Shown one piece after another: positions 37,156 through 48,033 of a stretch of 64,000 nt of DNA; positions within the stretch are counted from its first letter, which is position 1, and every line of letters begins with the position of its first letter. The stretch covers positions 64,001 to 128,000 of the forward strand of contig CAXXWQ010000004.1 of the NCBI GenBank assembly GCA_963674945.2, in the 5' to 3' direction. The notes under the pieces were generated by a model. The model did no database searches and was not told where the DNA came from. It saw only the letters and a list, made by a program, of their open reading frames with translations. Origin of the DNA: an uncultured Desulfosarcina sp. (lineage in GTDB: Bacteria > Desulfobacterota > Desulfobacteria > Desulfobacterales > Desulfosarcinaceae). The position numbers and the translations under genes were made by a program.

Positions 37156-38340
37156 TTAGCCGCCTTTTTTTTCGGAATGCAACCTACTTGATTTCTTACC
37201 AAAAACAAGCCAGAGAAGCAGAATCGCCATACCACTGCCCATTCCCAGCACACTGATAATACGGATTTTGTCCGGCCAATCCAGGGAGATGAACCACATG
37301 GCAAAGGCGCCAAGCATGAAATAGATAAAGATCATCAGAGAAGAGGCGGACCCGGCATGCCGGTCCACCTGTTCCAGGACCAGGTTGTTGCTGGGCGGAC
37401 GACTGAGTCCGAATGCGAAGGAGATCACCGCCATAGGCAGGGCAATGGCCCAGGGGCCGGGAAGACAGCGGGAGAACATGAGGATGCTGCCGGCCGGGAC
37501 AATGATGAAGCAAATGGTAAGCAGCACATCGGAGCGTATCCGGCGCAGCAACCGGGTGCAGGCAAACGATCCGGCCATGATGGAAAGGGCGTTAAAGGCA
37601 AAAAAGTACCCAAACGTCTGCTCCGAGAGTCCGAACCCGGTAATGTAGATATCCGCCGAACCGGCGATAAAGGAAAAGTGGGGCAGCACGACCAGGGACA
37701 TCATCAGGGCGAAGCCCAGGTAACGACGGTTTCTTAAAAGTTGCATGTAGATACCTGCCGTTTGCAGGATGCCGGTGTTGGTAAACATTTCCAAAGGCTC
37801 ACCCATTCGATAGACGCCGATCCAGCTCACGGCGCCCAAAGCTGCCTGGACCACGAATATCCAGCGCCATGAAAACCACACCAGCAGCCAGCTTCCGAAA
37901 ACCGGGGAAAGCATGGGCGCCAGGGCCATGATGACCCCGATATAGGCCAGAATCCGCTCCCGTTCGCCGCCTTCGTACACATCCTTGCTGATGGCCAGGG
38001 CCAGGGACGAACCCGAAGCCGCCCCGGCAGCCTGGAGCACCCGGAAGACGATCAGGGTACCTACCTGGTTGGAAAAAGCGCACAACAAACTTCCCGCAAT
38101 AAAAAGCCCGATGCCGGCCAGCAGCGGCGGTCGGCGGCCGAAGCGGTCTGAAACAGGTCCGTAAAACAGAAGGGAGACACAATAGACCACAAAAAAGGCG
38201 ACCAGGGTCAGATTGATCACGGCCAGGGGCTGTTGCCAGGTTTTCTGAAGCAGGGGTATGGCCGGCAGATACATGTCCGTTGACAGTGGTGGAAAGGCGG
38301 ACAGCAGCGCCAGCAGCAGGAAAGGACGTTTTTGTTTCAA
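37156..38340 (-). CDS. Bcr/CflA-family MFS efflux transporter
   Basis: TDMYLPA.P, GPVSDRFGRRP, RVLQA.G; 12 TM; TTG start. Confidence 0.9.
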   Translation of the reverse strand: MKQKRPFLLLALLSAFPPLSTDMYLPAIPLLQKTWQQPLAVINLTLVAFFVVYCVSLLFYGPVSDRFGRRPPLLAGIGLFIAGSLLCAFSNQVGTLIVFRVLQAAGAASGSSLALAISKDVYEGGERERILAYIGVIMALAPMLSPVFGSWLLVWFSWRWIFVVQAALGAVSWIGVYRMGEPLEMFTNTGILQTAGIYMQLLRNRRYLGFALMMSLVVLPHFSFIAGSADIYITGFGLSEQTFGYFFAFNALSIMAGSFACTRLLRRIRSDVLLTICFIIVPAGSILMFSRCLPGPWAIALPMAVISFAFGLSRPPSNNLVLEQVDRHAGSASSLMIFIYFMLGAFAMWFISLDWPDKIRIISVLGMGSGMAILLLWLVFGKKSSRLHSEKKGG

Positions 38341-38786
38341 ATCGGCACTCCCAAATTACCAACCAATGTGCGTGTTGCATATCGTTTAGCCGTTTCGATC
38401 CCTTGTGCGACCGGCAGAATGCACGCAGCAGATCGGCTTTGGTGCGCCGCAGGGTATCGTGGGCGGATAATTAGTCGGCACCAGGACGGTTGTCAATATC
38501 GTTTGTTTCGCCGAAATTTTGCACAGACAGCTAACGCCAGGAAAGAAGAATGTGAAGCTACGCCCCAACCAACCGTACAAGGAGAAAAGACTCGGCATTA
38601 ATTTTATGATGTTTGCTTTTACTGCAGGCGTTTTGCACCGGCAATGCAGCGGACAGCTCTGTCATTAATGCTGACAGAACTTGCCAGCGCATGTCAGAGT
38701 GTCTACAAAGGACATATTGCCTCTGATAAAACCTCATGAATATTCGAGTTTTTTACTCATTATTTCCCCTTTAGTAGATAGTTCGC

Positions 38787-39716
38787 CTATACCGAGTCAG
38801 CAAGACTGGTGGAGAATTTAAGAATTTTTCCCATGTGGAGGACCTCAAATTCCATGACACCGGCAATTAACGGTAGCTTGTTGGATAAAAAATCATATAA
38901 ATCGCCATTATCTTGAAACATCGTCCTGAAGTAGATATGCCAATGCCCCGTAATCAGACTCACATACATCGCCATATTTTGTTCTAATAACTCATTGGCC
39001 GCGGCGTGGATTGCGTCTGGCCTGGACTTTATCAATACGGCCACCCCAGTTTTATATCCCAGTTCAGTTTGATCAATGGAAGTAAAAAGCTTGATGACCC
39101 CGTCGTCCAACAATTTTTCTAAATTTGCTTTTGCCGTTGCATTGCTGCAGCCAACGGTTTGAGCCAGTTTCGTTATGGGTTGTCTGGGGTCACGCTGCAT
39201 TGCCTTGATGATTGATGAATCGAGCTTGCTGGGAACATATCTTGTATTTTCGCTGGTAGCTATCGGTTTGGGTGTTGAGTACTTCTGGGACTTTGCTACC
39301 CACTGATAGCAGTGCATGATTTCGACATCCGTAATGTCGGGAATATTCGCCAAGCCATCCGAGATGAAGTTTCCCAGGGCTAAAGAATTCTTAAGGTATG
39401 CCCATGCAAGAATGTTAAATCGACCTGCGGACAGAAAAACAGACTTGATTTCCTGCAAATATGTCAATTGTTTCGCGACAACTTCAGCCTCTCCCGGGGT
39501 AACCTTGATTCCCATCAAAAGCGGGAAATGATTGCCCCGATGGCCCTCGTCACTCACACAGTATATCTTCAGAATGCCGTTGTCGATGAGGCGCTTCATG
39601 CGGTAACGGGTTGCCGATCTTGTCATTCCGAGTCTTCGGGCAAGCGCTCGAACCGGTTGCCGGGCATCCTTATTGAGTTCCTCAATAAGTCTCAGATCCG
39701 TCTCATTGAGTGACAT
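38787..39716 (-). CDS. Lrp/AsnC-family regulator with tandem duplicated HTH-RAM units
   Basis: Two units: LNETDLRLIEELNKDAR…GRFNI and LDSSIIKAMQRDPR…TGHWHI. Confidence 0.85.
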   Translation of the reverse strand: MSLNETDLRLIEELNKDARQPVRALARRLGMTRSATRYRMKRLIDNGILKIYCVSDEGHRGNHFPLLMGIKVTPGEAEVVAKQLTYLQEIKSVFLSAGRFNILAWAYLKNSLALGNFISDGLANIPDITDVEIMHCYQWVAKSQKYSTPKPIATSENTRYVPSKLDSSIIKAMQRDPRQPITKLAQTVGCSNATAKANLEKLLDDGVIKLFTSIDQTELGYKTGVAVLIKSRPDAIHAAANELLEQNMAMYVSLITGHWHIYFRTMFQDNGDLYDFLSNKLPLIAGVMEFEVLHMGKILKFSTSLADSV

Positions 39717-39843
39717 CGATTATTCCTCCTGTTCATTTTATGAGAAATGGATTCAAAAAAACCTCGGTAAACCCAAACCAACGGCAAAAAAAGATAGGCA
39801 ATCGGCAATGCAGCCTTACGATTTCTTAGGGTACTGACTTTGC

Positions 39844-41112
39844 CTAAAAACGAATATTGAAACCAATGGCAAATGTCTGACTATTTGATTTAATTTTTTG
39901 GGTGGATCCATTCTTGCTGTCATAGTTTACGACTTCATCATCCCCGCTGTAAACATAGGCGAATGTCGCATCGAGTGTCGGCTTGAAATAATATGTGGCA
40001 CCCATTCCGTATGAGAATGCATCAAGTTTATTGCTTACGTCATACTGCAATTCATCCGGAAGTCCTTTTTTTGAATACAGATATCCAATGCTTGCCAGCA
40101 ATTTATCCGGCAGCACCGCATACTCGACGCTAACGCCGGCCTCCCAGCCATTCTCAATATTCGGCCCCCTCTCATCCGACCAGTCTGTTCCCTCATTATA
40201 GTAAAAGATGAAACTACTCTCCACTCTCCACCGCGGCGTGATATGATAAGAGACCCCGAGTGCGATATCTTGTGGAATTGTGCTGTCCGATTCCGTTCCA
40301 TCCACTTCCGTAAAAGTACCATACAGATCCTTGCCATCGTTAATTTCTTGCAGTAATTCCATCTTTGTATAATACGAATATCGAATACCGATATTCAGCG
40401 CTTCCGTTGGTGCGATGTTCGCACCGACAATGAACCCATAACTGTTGCCGGATAGACTCATATCCAACTCTTCGGTAGGCTGCTCCACTCCATTGAGAAA
40501 TGGCGTTACGGTGGCAGTATTGCTGCCAAAAGTGTAGATATACCGCAATTGACCTGCAACGGATAGCACGTCGTTTATGGCATAGGCCGCACCGATGGAA
40601 AAGCCGGCACCGGCAAAAGAGCCGCCGAATTCGGATTTTGCACTTGCGCCTTCTTGTCCCCCCAACCCATCCACAACGCCAATGTAATCGGAAAAGGGGA
40701 GTCCATCTTCATGTGTTCCGGCACCGCCACCGGTCATTATATCAAAACCGAACATATAGGCGATGCCATCTTTCTTATGAGCAACATGCAAATTCGGAAA
40801 TACAGATGATAATACGTATGATGTATATTCATCGCGGGGAAGCACGGGCGAGTCATCGTTGAACCAAGATTTTTTGTAACTAGACTGATTGCTGAACCCG
40901 ATATGTGTACCATCTTCCAGCTTCACCGCCCCCGCAGGATTGAAAAAGACAGCATCGACACCGGTCGAGGCATATCTGTTCAATGTCCTGATCCATTCAG
41001 GGCTTTGGTTCGGATTTGAAACGATGCCACCGGGCCCCGAAGCAAAAAGTTCTGCTGCAATAAATACGATCGTGGCCACAATGGCTGGTGGTAACAAGAA
41101 CCTGATTTTCAT
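39844..41112 (-). CDS. OmpP1/FadL-family outer-membrane channel
   Basis: Signal peptide; NQS..WIRTLNRYAS…DAVFFNPAG hatch motif; C-terminal FNIRF. Confidence 0.8.
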   Translation of the reverse strand: MKIRFLLPPAIVATIVFIAAELFASGPGGIVSNPNQSPEWIRTLNRYASTGVDAVFFNPAGAVKLEDGTHIGFSNQSSYKKSWFNDDSPVLPRDEYTSYVLSSVFPNLHVAHKKDGIAYMFGFDIMTGGGAGTHEDGLPFSDYIGVVDGLGGQEGASAKSEFGGSFAGAGFSIGAAYAINDVLSVAGQLRYIYTFGSNTATVTPFLNGVEQPTEELDMSLSGNSYGFIVGANIAPTEALNIGIRYSYYTKMELLQEINDGKDLYGTFTEVDGTESDSTIPQDIALGVSYHITPRWRVESSFIFYYNEGTDWSDERGPNIENGWEAGVSVEYAVLPDKLLASIGYLYSKKGLPDELQYDVSNKLDAFSYGMGATYYFKPTLDATFAYVYSGDDEVVNYDSKNGSTQKIKSNSQTFAIGFNIRF

Positions 41113-41655
41113 ATGATCTTTCCTTTGAATGAACTTCATTGCCGATTTTCCCGGTCTCGAAAGGCTACAGTCCCTTCCTGCCTGTGCCCTGCCCATGGTG
41201 AATAAATGGGCTTGTACGAAGTAACCCCGAAAATTACGCATCGCTCCAAGCGAGCCTTCTTCCAAAACGTCATATAGGTTGTGTTATACCAATTTGTCAA
41301 CCTATATGAATACATAATCACCCCATTTTTATATTATATCGGCTGCTAACTGACAAACATTGAGACAATTATCATAAAAATGTCGAGCATGGAAGCCGAT
41401 AAATCCCGCACCCCCAGAGTGGATCCCATTGTGACGTGATTTGGATGGCAAAAACGGCTGACGCCGGACAATGTGTTCATCGACCGCAATGCACCGGGAC
41501 GCATAGAATGTAAGGAAGCGCTTCGAGGAAGAATGACGGAATTTCGTAGAGAGAAATTGCCAACGTAAACCGGATGTTGTGCTCATGGATATTCAAACGA
41601 AGGATACTGGCAGCAGATCGAACAGTATATTCAGAACACTGCATCTCCGGGAAAA

Positions 41656-43911
41656 CTATGTGACACCTCCGGCATGATTTGAGGTGCTGCAGCCATTTAG
41701 TTCGAATATCATTTGCAGCTCGGTACCGGGGTATTTTACCTGCGCACTGTTCAGATGCGCAAACAGTTGGCAAAGAGCCCGATTGGCCGCTGGGAACGAA
41801 GCGCCGTGCAATCGTATATTCAATTGCTGATTTTCAATATCGGGCAGTACATCGCCTTCGGTCTGGAACAGTGTCTGGAGAAGACTCCGTGCATCCGACG
41901 AGTTTACCGTCGGACCCGTGAGCAACCCAACCATTGCCGTCTCTGCACGATATGCAATCATACGAACCGTGTCCATCAGGCGTTTTCTGCCCGGTTGTAA
42001 ACGTAAAAATTTATCTTTTGCTTCAAGTTCTCCCCACGTGATGTGTTTACTTGTCTGTTTTCGTTTTTCTTTCAACTCGCTGAGTTGATACTCCATCTTT
42101 TCGATTTCTTCTAACAGCTCGGCCTTTTTCTCTATCCACTTCTTAAACTTTACCGGTTTGTCTTCATTTTCAGGGTGAATGGTCATCTCGGCAAAACAGG
42201 CACGACGATATCGTAGCTTGTTCTGCAACGAATTACGGGATTGATTCAATTGCCGCCAAACGGGGTTGATTACCCGTTCGGTATCAGGAAATTCAACGAC
42301 ACCATAATCTAAAAGCACATCGATATCAAAATGTTGCATCATATAGTTGAAAAAGTTTTCCTGACACCACCGGCTGAACATGCGTGCTGCCAATTGAGTA
42401 TGCGGCAAATCGAAAGCGGTGCTGATTACGCTGGTCTGGTGTCCGGAATCGGTCAGTTTTCGCACTTGTCGCATCCATGTTGCACCCTTACCAGATCCCA
42501 CCAAACTACCCATTTCGCAAAGCCGCATCTTCACCACCTCTTTGTTTGGCATCGCAACTTCATACTCGGTGAACCAATGCTCCGGCCATGATTCACCAGG
42601 ATGCTTATGATACGTCATGCAGCCGATTCGATGGCGATCCCACATTTCCTTGAAGAATGCGGGACTATATCCTTCCCTGTCGAAAACAAGAACGAACCGG
42701 CATAAACATGGGTTCTCTTGTAGTTGCTGCAAACCGGGTTGATTCGGAACGTCTTGCAACAACCGGGGAACGATATCGTCTCTTAAAACCGCCAATAATC
42801 CAGGATCGATCTGCTTTTCGACGACAAAAAAAGGTCGGCCAATCGCATCGTTAACCCAATAGTCGGTAATGCCCCTCATGCACAATCGTTCCCGGGACAC
42901 GTAGCGGCGCGGTAGTCGGGTCAATTTTCCATGATAAACACGTACATGCCCGTCAACATAAAGCGCGCCAACCGATTCGGGCGCCTGTTCCATCCAGTAT
43001 TTACCGAGGTATGCGGCCCACTTTTCCGCGCCGTGGTCTGCGCTCAACGCATCCATCTTGTAACGCAAACAGCGAACCTCCGGTGCACGATCCAAGCCCA
43101 ATAACTTACCAAATTCTCCCGGAGCATGGCCTCGTATTTTTTCTGTCGTCTTGATCCTGCATAAGGCCATAAACGAAAGCAGCAACAAGACATGAAAGAT
43201 CGTGTAATAGCCTTTGACTTGGCCGAGGAACTGTTTTGCGCCGGTAAACAACCCGTTTGCCACCAATGACGGTATCGCACAAAGAACGCCTGCTTTGGGA
43301 ACGTCCAGGCATCTGTCAAAACGAACCGGCGCACCAACCATTTTGCCCAATGATGCCAATATGCGTTCCCCGACTCGGTTGCAAGCCGTCCCCATACCAT
43401 CGGCAGCAGCCATGTCGACCATGTCCCGATCTGATTTGGTTAGACACGGTTCACCAATCCTTGATTCGATTAACCGACCATCATCTATAGCTTTGCGAAA
43501 CGTATCGTATTTAATGCCAAGTTCCAGGGCGGCATCTTTTTTCGAGCACCCTTGATCCAGTAAACGTTGGGCTTGTTCAAGCACCTCAGGTTTGAAAACC
43601 TTGCCGCCGCGTCGTCCCCGCCGCTGAACGAAAAATGCCTCGGCGCCGCCGGACCTGAGTTTGTTCACGGATCGGATGACATTGCTCTTGGATACGCCGA
43701 ATGTGTTTTGGATATCGATCTGGCGGCAAGCTCCGGATTCAACCAGTTGGGCTGTTATCATCCGAAACATTCGTTGATCGCCTTGTCTGTGAGAATAAAT
43801 CGGAACGGTCGATAGAAAATAGGTCCAGGTCGTATCGTCACGAAATACACTGACAAGCCCGTTGATTTGTCTTGCACCGCGAGGAATAAGTGGTAGTATC
43901 TGTTGAGGCAT
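41656..43911 (-). CDS. Large (751 aa) putative DDE transposase with N-terminal HTH domains
   Basis: N-terminal HTHs, LYVDGH, VFDREG, RWCQENFF.Y candidate catalytic triad, coiled-coil insert. Confidence 0.75.
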   Translation of the reverse strand: MPQQILPLIPRGARQINGLVSVFRDDTTWTYFLSTVPIYSHRQGDQRMFRMITAQLVESGACRQIDIQNTFGVSKSNVIRSVNKLRSGGAEAFFVQRRGRRGGKVFKPEVLEQAQRLLDQGCSKKDAALELGIKYDTFRKAIDDGRLIESRIGEPCLTKSDRDMVDMAAADGMGTACNRVGERILASLGKMVGAPVRFDRCLDVPKAGVLCAIPSLVANGLFTGAKQFLGQVKGYYTIFHVLLLLSFMALCRIKTTEKIRGHAPGEFGKLLGLDRAPEVRCLRYKMDALSADHGAEKWAAYLGKYWMEQAPESVGALYVDGHVRVYHGKLTRLPRRYVSRERLCMRGITDYWVNDAIGRPFFVVEKQIDPGLLAVLRDDIVPRLLQDVPNQPGLQQLQENPCLCRFVLVFDREGYSPAFFKEMWDRHRIGCMTYHKHPGESWPEHWFTEYEVAMPNKEVVKMRLCEMGSLVGSGKGATWMRQVRKLTDSGHQTSVISTAFDLPHTQLAARMFSRWCQENFFNYMMQHFDIDVLLDYGVVEFPDTERVINPVWRQLNQSRNSLQNKLRYRRACFAEMTIHPENEDKPVKFKKWIEKKAELLEEIEKMEYQLSELKEKRKQTSKHITWGELEAKDKFLRLQPGRKRLMDTVRMIAYRAETAMVGLLTGPTVNSSDARSLLQTLFQTEGDVLPDIENQQLNIRLHGASFPAANRALCQLFAHLNSAQVKYPGTELQMIFELNGCSTSNHAGGVT

Positions 43912-44251
43912 GGCATCCTTTTCCTTTCATTTATCCGCCAAGATAATAAGGTTAAAGGTGCCATGTTCATTTTCCGGTTGCAATACCTTACCGGCCTGCT
44001 GGATTCAGACTCCTATCTTTCTGTTTTTCAACCACTTACATTATGTTTTGCTTGCCATATGCAACAATTAGGAAATCAAGTTTCCTGATATTCAGGAGAG
44101 ATCGGATGCAGCATTTTCCCATGGTATCTGTCCGGAGTGCATGCAGGCGGATTATCCGGAAATTGCGAAAGAAATATTGAATCGAAAAAAAGTGACCGGG
44201 GCGGGACTGATTTTCGTTATCCATGAAGAGGCAAGAATAGACGTATCCTTT

Positions 44252-44857
44252 TCATTCAGCAATCAGGATCAAACCAGCCACCCAACGCAGATCATCTGAA
44301 CCGGACGTTTTTTGGACCGGCCACCCGGAGGCCTTCATCAACCGGACAACATCGATCCCAAACCCCGACATGGAAGGCCGCGCCTCATCTTTGTGGCGGC
44401 ACGGTTGCTGATCTTCCACCACACAGCATGTTTCATACTCACCGCAGAACAAAGGCTTGCAGGATCCACCCGCAAATGCTTTGGATTTTGTGAACCCCAG
44501 GCGAACCGCTTTTTTTTCGACTCCTGCCACCACCGTGTGCAGCAGTCGCATCACATCTTTTCTTTCATCAGAAAAGAAAATAGAGGACGGCAGTTCAATC
44601 TTCACGGTAATTGCATACCGGCTCTTCTCCTGCCATCTTCTGAAACATCCGGGCCCTTTCACATGAGGCGGACAACTGGCGGCGAGGCCGTAACTGGGAC
44701 AGACATATTCTCCATTGCATAACGCAGCCAGTTCCTCAACTGCACGGATATCCATCGACGTGATAACGGCAGCGCCTGTTGCGCCCAGTTGAAGCGCCTC
44801 CTGTTGTAATCGTGCCAGATTTTCTTTTAACATCTCAGACTCTGTTTCAGACAGCAT
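44252..44857 (-). CDS. DUF2284-family Cys-rich predicted metal-binding protein
   Basis: C….CPSYG…SCPP, FAGGSC..LFC, CRH…ARPSMSGFGIDV. Confidence 0.8.
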   Translation of the reverse strand: MLSETESEMLKENLARLQQEALQLGATGAAVITSMDIRAVEELAALCNGEYVCPSYGLAASCPPHVKGPGCFRRWQEKSRYAITVKIELPSSIFFSDERKDVMRLLHTVVAGVEKKAVRLGFTKSKAFAGGSCKPLFCGEYETCCVVEDQQPCRHKDEARPSMSGFGIDVVRLMKASGWPVQKTSGSDDLRWVAGLILIAE

Positions 44858-45741
44858 GGTTTGTATTATGTATATGATTTTTTATGGTTATAAACGACTA
44901 CATTTTCAACTACTTCTCTGGTAATGACTTCGTTGCTGACGCAGACAATGGTTAATTTCTCTTGATTGGCAACTGGCATCACCGATCTCTATCCCTTGTT
45001 ACCACTTTGCTTGTAACAAGGAAATAAATAAAAAGGTTTCCACCAACTAAATAGTGCATCACTTTATTTATATATGTGACAACAAAGCTTATGACAGTGA
45101 AGAGAAAATATTGATTGCATTTCTTTTTTCAATAGAAAAAAACGAATTGACAAGGTAAAAATGCATATAATAAGAGAGTCAACAAATTCATGTGAGAGGG
45201 GGTGATCGATATGCTGCAACGCAAATGAAATCATAGTAGACAGGAAGCGTGTCTTCTCGTCGATTTGAAAGCAGCATTTGAGAATGGGTTTGACATAGCT
45301 GTTGCGCAGAGGCAGTCGATCACCCCTATGATCTTGCATCGGCAAGGGTAATCCGCAGAACTTCCCGGCCATTGGGTTCTTCTAAGCCACGCATGCTTCC
45401 GCCCTCGGCTTCAATCGTCTCAAATTACGATAACTATTGGTAAATAGAAATCGTCCATGTAACCTCCCATTCCATCAGGTTGGACTGCTGCGGCCCGGTG
45501 TCTACTGATTGTGTTTCGGTATTTTCATGAACTGGATCATCTTCTTAAGGTGCGGTGCTTTGTCCATCTTTGTTCGATAATCGGTGATTCGGTTCAGGTG
45601 ATACAGCTGATTAATTCTCGGCACAAAGGCTCATTGCCGGCGTCCGAGTCCATGTCAAAATAATAAATCTGTCGTGCATGATAGAACTCATTGTGAGGTG
45701 GGGCAAGTAAATTCTCAACGCAAAAGGGAGGGTAACAGATC

Positions 45742-46995
45742 ATGTTCAAAGGAAGACAACCGCTTGAAAATGCGCCTTATTGGTACAACACGCCGCTCGA
45801 GAAGTTAGATTTCGAATGGTCTCCCGAAGAGACGCGGGAGATAGAACGTATTTGTGAAAAGATCCACAAGAACATCGAGGAAGAGGGGGGCATGACCCCG
45901 TACGAGCGGTGGCATGCCGCCATGTGGGGAGAGGACAAGGACCGTATGTTTATGGGGATACCGCACAACAATCCATATGCGGTGAAAGTCCTGGATTCCG
46001 CAGCCGATGCCTACAAGCCCATCGACATCTACCAGTTCCCCAAGCAGTATGTAAAGGCGCACCTGATGATGATGGCCCGGTTCAAGCTCGATTACAGCTG
46101 CATGCACAACACGAATTACGGCGAGGACATGTGGGGCGGACTGTCGGCGATGATTGAATACGGCAACCCGATCATCAAGGGCGAGCCTCCCATAAAGTGC
46201 CTGGAAGATCTGGAGGGCATGCCGATACCCGATGCCAGGAAGGACGGTTTGTATCCGGGTTACATCTGGGCCGTCAGGGAGTACAGGCGGATTGTGGAGA
46301 AATACAAGCTGCCCATTGTGGTATGGCCTTCTATTTGCCCCAGTCCGGCCCTGTTGGCAATGATGGGCATGATGGGCTGGACGGAGTACAGCATCGCCCT
46401 GCGCAAGAACCCGGAACTGGCCAAGGCATGCACCGAAATCGGCACGCAATTCCTTTGCGGCTTTGGCAAGGCCCTGGTTGACGAGGCGCAGGTGGACGCA
46501 CTCACCATGTGCGCCCAGGATGGCGGTTTCCCGTGCACAAACGAAAAGAACCTGTGGATCGCCGATCACTATCGAAGAGTCGGTGAAACCATCTGTCAAT
46601 ATTCAAAAGACAAGGCGGGCAAAGAGCTCTACATGGGCTGGGGATTAGCCTTCATGGGCAAGTCGCAGGAATTTTTTGAAACAACGTACGAGCACGGCGG
46701 GCAGGGACCGGTGGGGACGACCTTTAATGGCGGGACCGGGGGGCAAGGCGCCTGTGACCTGGATAAACTGGCGGATTGGTGTCATGAACGTGAACTATAT
46801 TTAAGCTTCACCATCGAGGATCACACCATCGAGTTTGGCACGCCATCTGAGATAGAGGAAGCGATAAAGCAGCAAATCATGCGCCACAAAGACAAACCCA
46901 AGTTCGGTCCGTCATTTAAACCGACATACTTCACGAGTTTTGAAAACGTCGAAATCGGGGTTGCCGCACTCAAGAAATACGGCAGATACGAATAA
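45742..46995 (+). CDS. Uroporphyrinogen-decarboxylase-superfamily protein (MtaA/CmuA-like corrinoid methyltransferase)
   Basis: MTPYER, PPIKCLEDL…PDARKDG..P, KNPE, GTPSEI; directly upstream of a corrinoid protein; GGGAGG RBS. Confidence 0.75.
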   Translation: MFKGRQPLENAPYWYNTPLEKLDFEWSPEETREIERICEKIHKNIEEEGGMTPYERWHAAMWGEDKDRMFMGIPHNNPYAVKVLDSAADAYKPIDIYQFPKQYVKAHLMMMARFKLDYSCMHNTNYGEDMWGGLSAMIEYGNPIIKGEPPIKCLEDLEGMPIPDARKDGLYPGYIWAVREYRRIVEKYKLPIVVWPSICPSPALLAMMGMMGWTEYSIALRKNPELAKACTEIGTQFLCGFGKALVDEAQVDALTMCAQDGGFPCTNEKNLWIADHYRRVGETICQYSKDKAGKELYMGWGLAFMGKSQEFFETTYEHGGQGPVGTTFNGGTGGQGACDLDKLADWCHERELYLSFTIEDHTIEFGTPSEIEEAIKQQIMRHKDKPKFGPSFKPTYFTSFENVEIGVAALKKYGRYE

Positions 46996-47009
46996 AGGAG
47001 TCTGATCAA

Positions 47010-47699
47010 ATGGCAAACGAAGAAATACTCGAAAAATTGAAAGAGGCGATTATCGATCTCGATGACGATTTGGTCGCCAATTTGGTCGAAGAATGCGTGG
47101 CTGCCGATATTCCGCCAATAGATGTGATTGTTAACGGTTTAAGTCCCGGATTGACCATCATCGGCGACGAGTACGAGGCCAATGACCGGTTCATGAGCGA
47201 TCTGATGATCTCAGGCCAGATCATGAACGATGCCATGGAACGGTTGCTTCCGACAGCGGCTGTGGAAGCCTCCATTTTGAATCGGAAGCCGGAGGATAAG
47301 GTGATGATCATCGGAACGGTAGAAGGCGATCTCCACAACGTGGGCAAAAGGATCGTCTCCGCCTTTTTTTCCGGTGCGGGCATCAAGGCCATCGACATCG
47401 GAGAGAACGTGTCGGCCGATGGGTTCGTTACGGCAATAAAGAAGTACAAGCCCGATATCGTGGGCGCCTCGGCCATCATCGGGCCTGTGACACCGTATTG
47501 CGGGGTCATCCACAAGGCCATGGTGGAAGCCGGCGTCAGAGACGACGTGATCTTTATCACCGGCGGCTGGGGCATGACGCCCGAGTGGTGTGACGAGGTC
47601 GGCGCCGATACCTTTGGTGAGTCCGCCTTCGATGCACTGGACAAGGTCAAAGCGATTTTTGACGGCAAAATGGCCCGGTGGATCGAGAGAAATAAGTAG
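47010..47699 (+). CDS. Corrinoid (B12-binding) protein, MtbC/MttC-like
   Basis: N-terminal cap (GLSPGLTIIGDEYE), GTVEGDLHNVGK (DxHxxG), IVGASA, ITGG, GAD. Confidence 0.9.
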   Translation: MANEEILEKLKEAIIDLDDDLVANLVEECVAADIPPIDVIVNGLSPGLTIIGDEYEANDRFMSDLMISGQIMNDAMERLLPTAAVEASILNRKPEDKVMIIGTVEGDLHNVGKRIVSAFFSGAGIKAIDIGENVSADGFVTAIKKYKPDIVGASAIIGPVTPYCGVIHKAMVEAGVRDDVIFITGGWGMTPEWCDEVGADTFGESAFDALDKVKAIFDGKMARWIERNK

Positions 47700-47729
47700 G
47701 AAGGCTTCAGGACACGATCGAATTTTTTG

Positions 47730-47757
47730 ACCGCCGCGGCCCTATGGCCGCGGCGGT
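47730..47757 (+). terminator. GC-rich hairpin after the corrinoid protein gene
   Basis: ACCGCCGCGGCC-CTAT-GGCCGCGGCGGT, 12-bp stem. Confidence 0.6.
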
Positions 47758-48033
47758 TACAACGACGCTGTTGGCGTTCGTAGAGCAAAAGTCCGTAAAC
47801 AGCCAATGGTTTATCATCTCACCCTGATCGCGCTTTGTGGTGAGTCGGCGCGATGGAATTTGCGGACTGCGCCAGCTCAAGATACTTCACAATGGCTCAG
47901 ATGGAGAAACGAAAAAAGGTTCCAGGATAAAGCAAAAGAAGTCGTGCCGTTAATGGAAGACGTTGAAGATGATGACTATTTTATGTGGATAAGCATATAG
48001 ATAGACTTCTCACTTCGAGCTATAGCTACGAAC

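Noticed and set aside
44860..45740. Possible cobalamin riboswitch or gene remnant upstream of the corrinoid operon
   Set aside because: No B12-box or GGGAA…GCCCCCGC/GCCACTG core found; the ORF fragments are short and unassignable.
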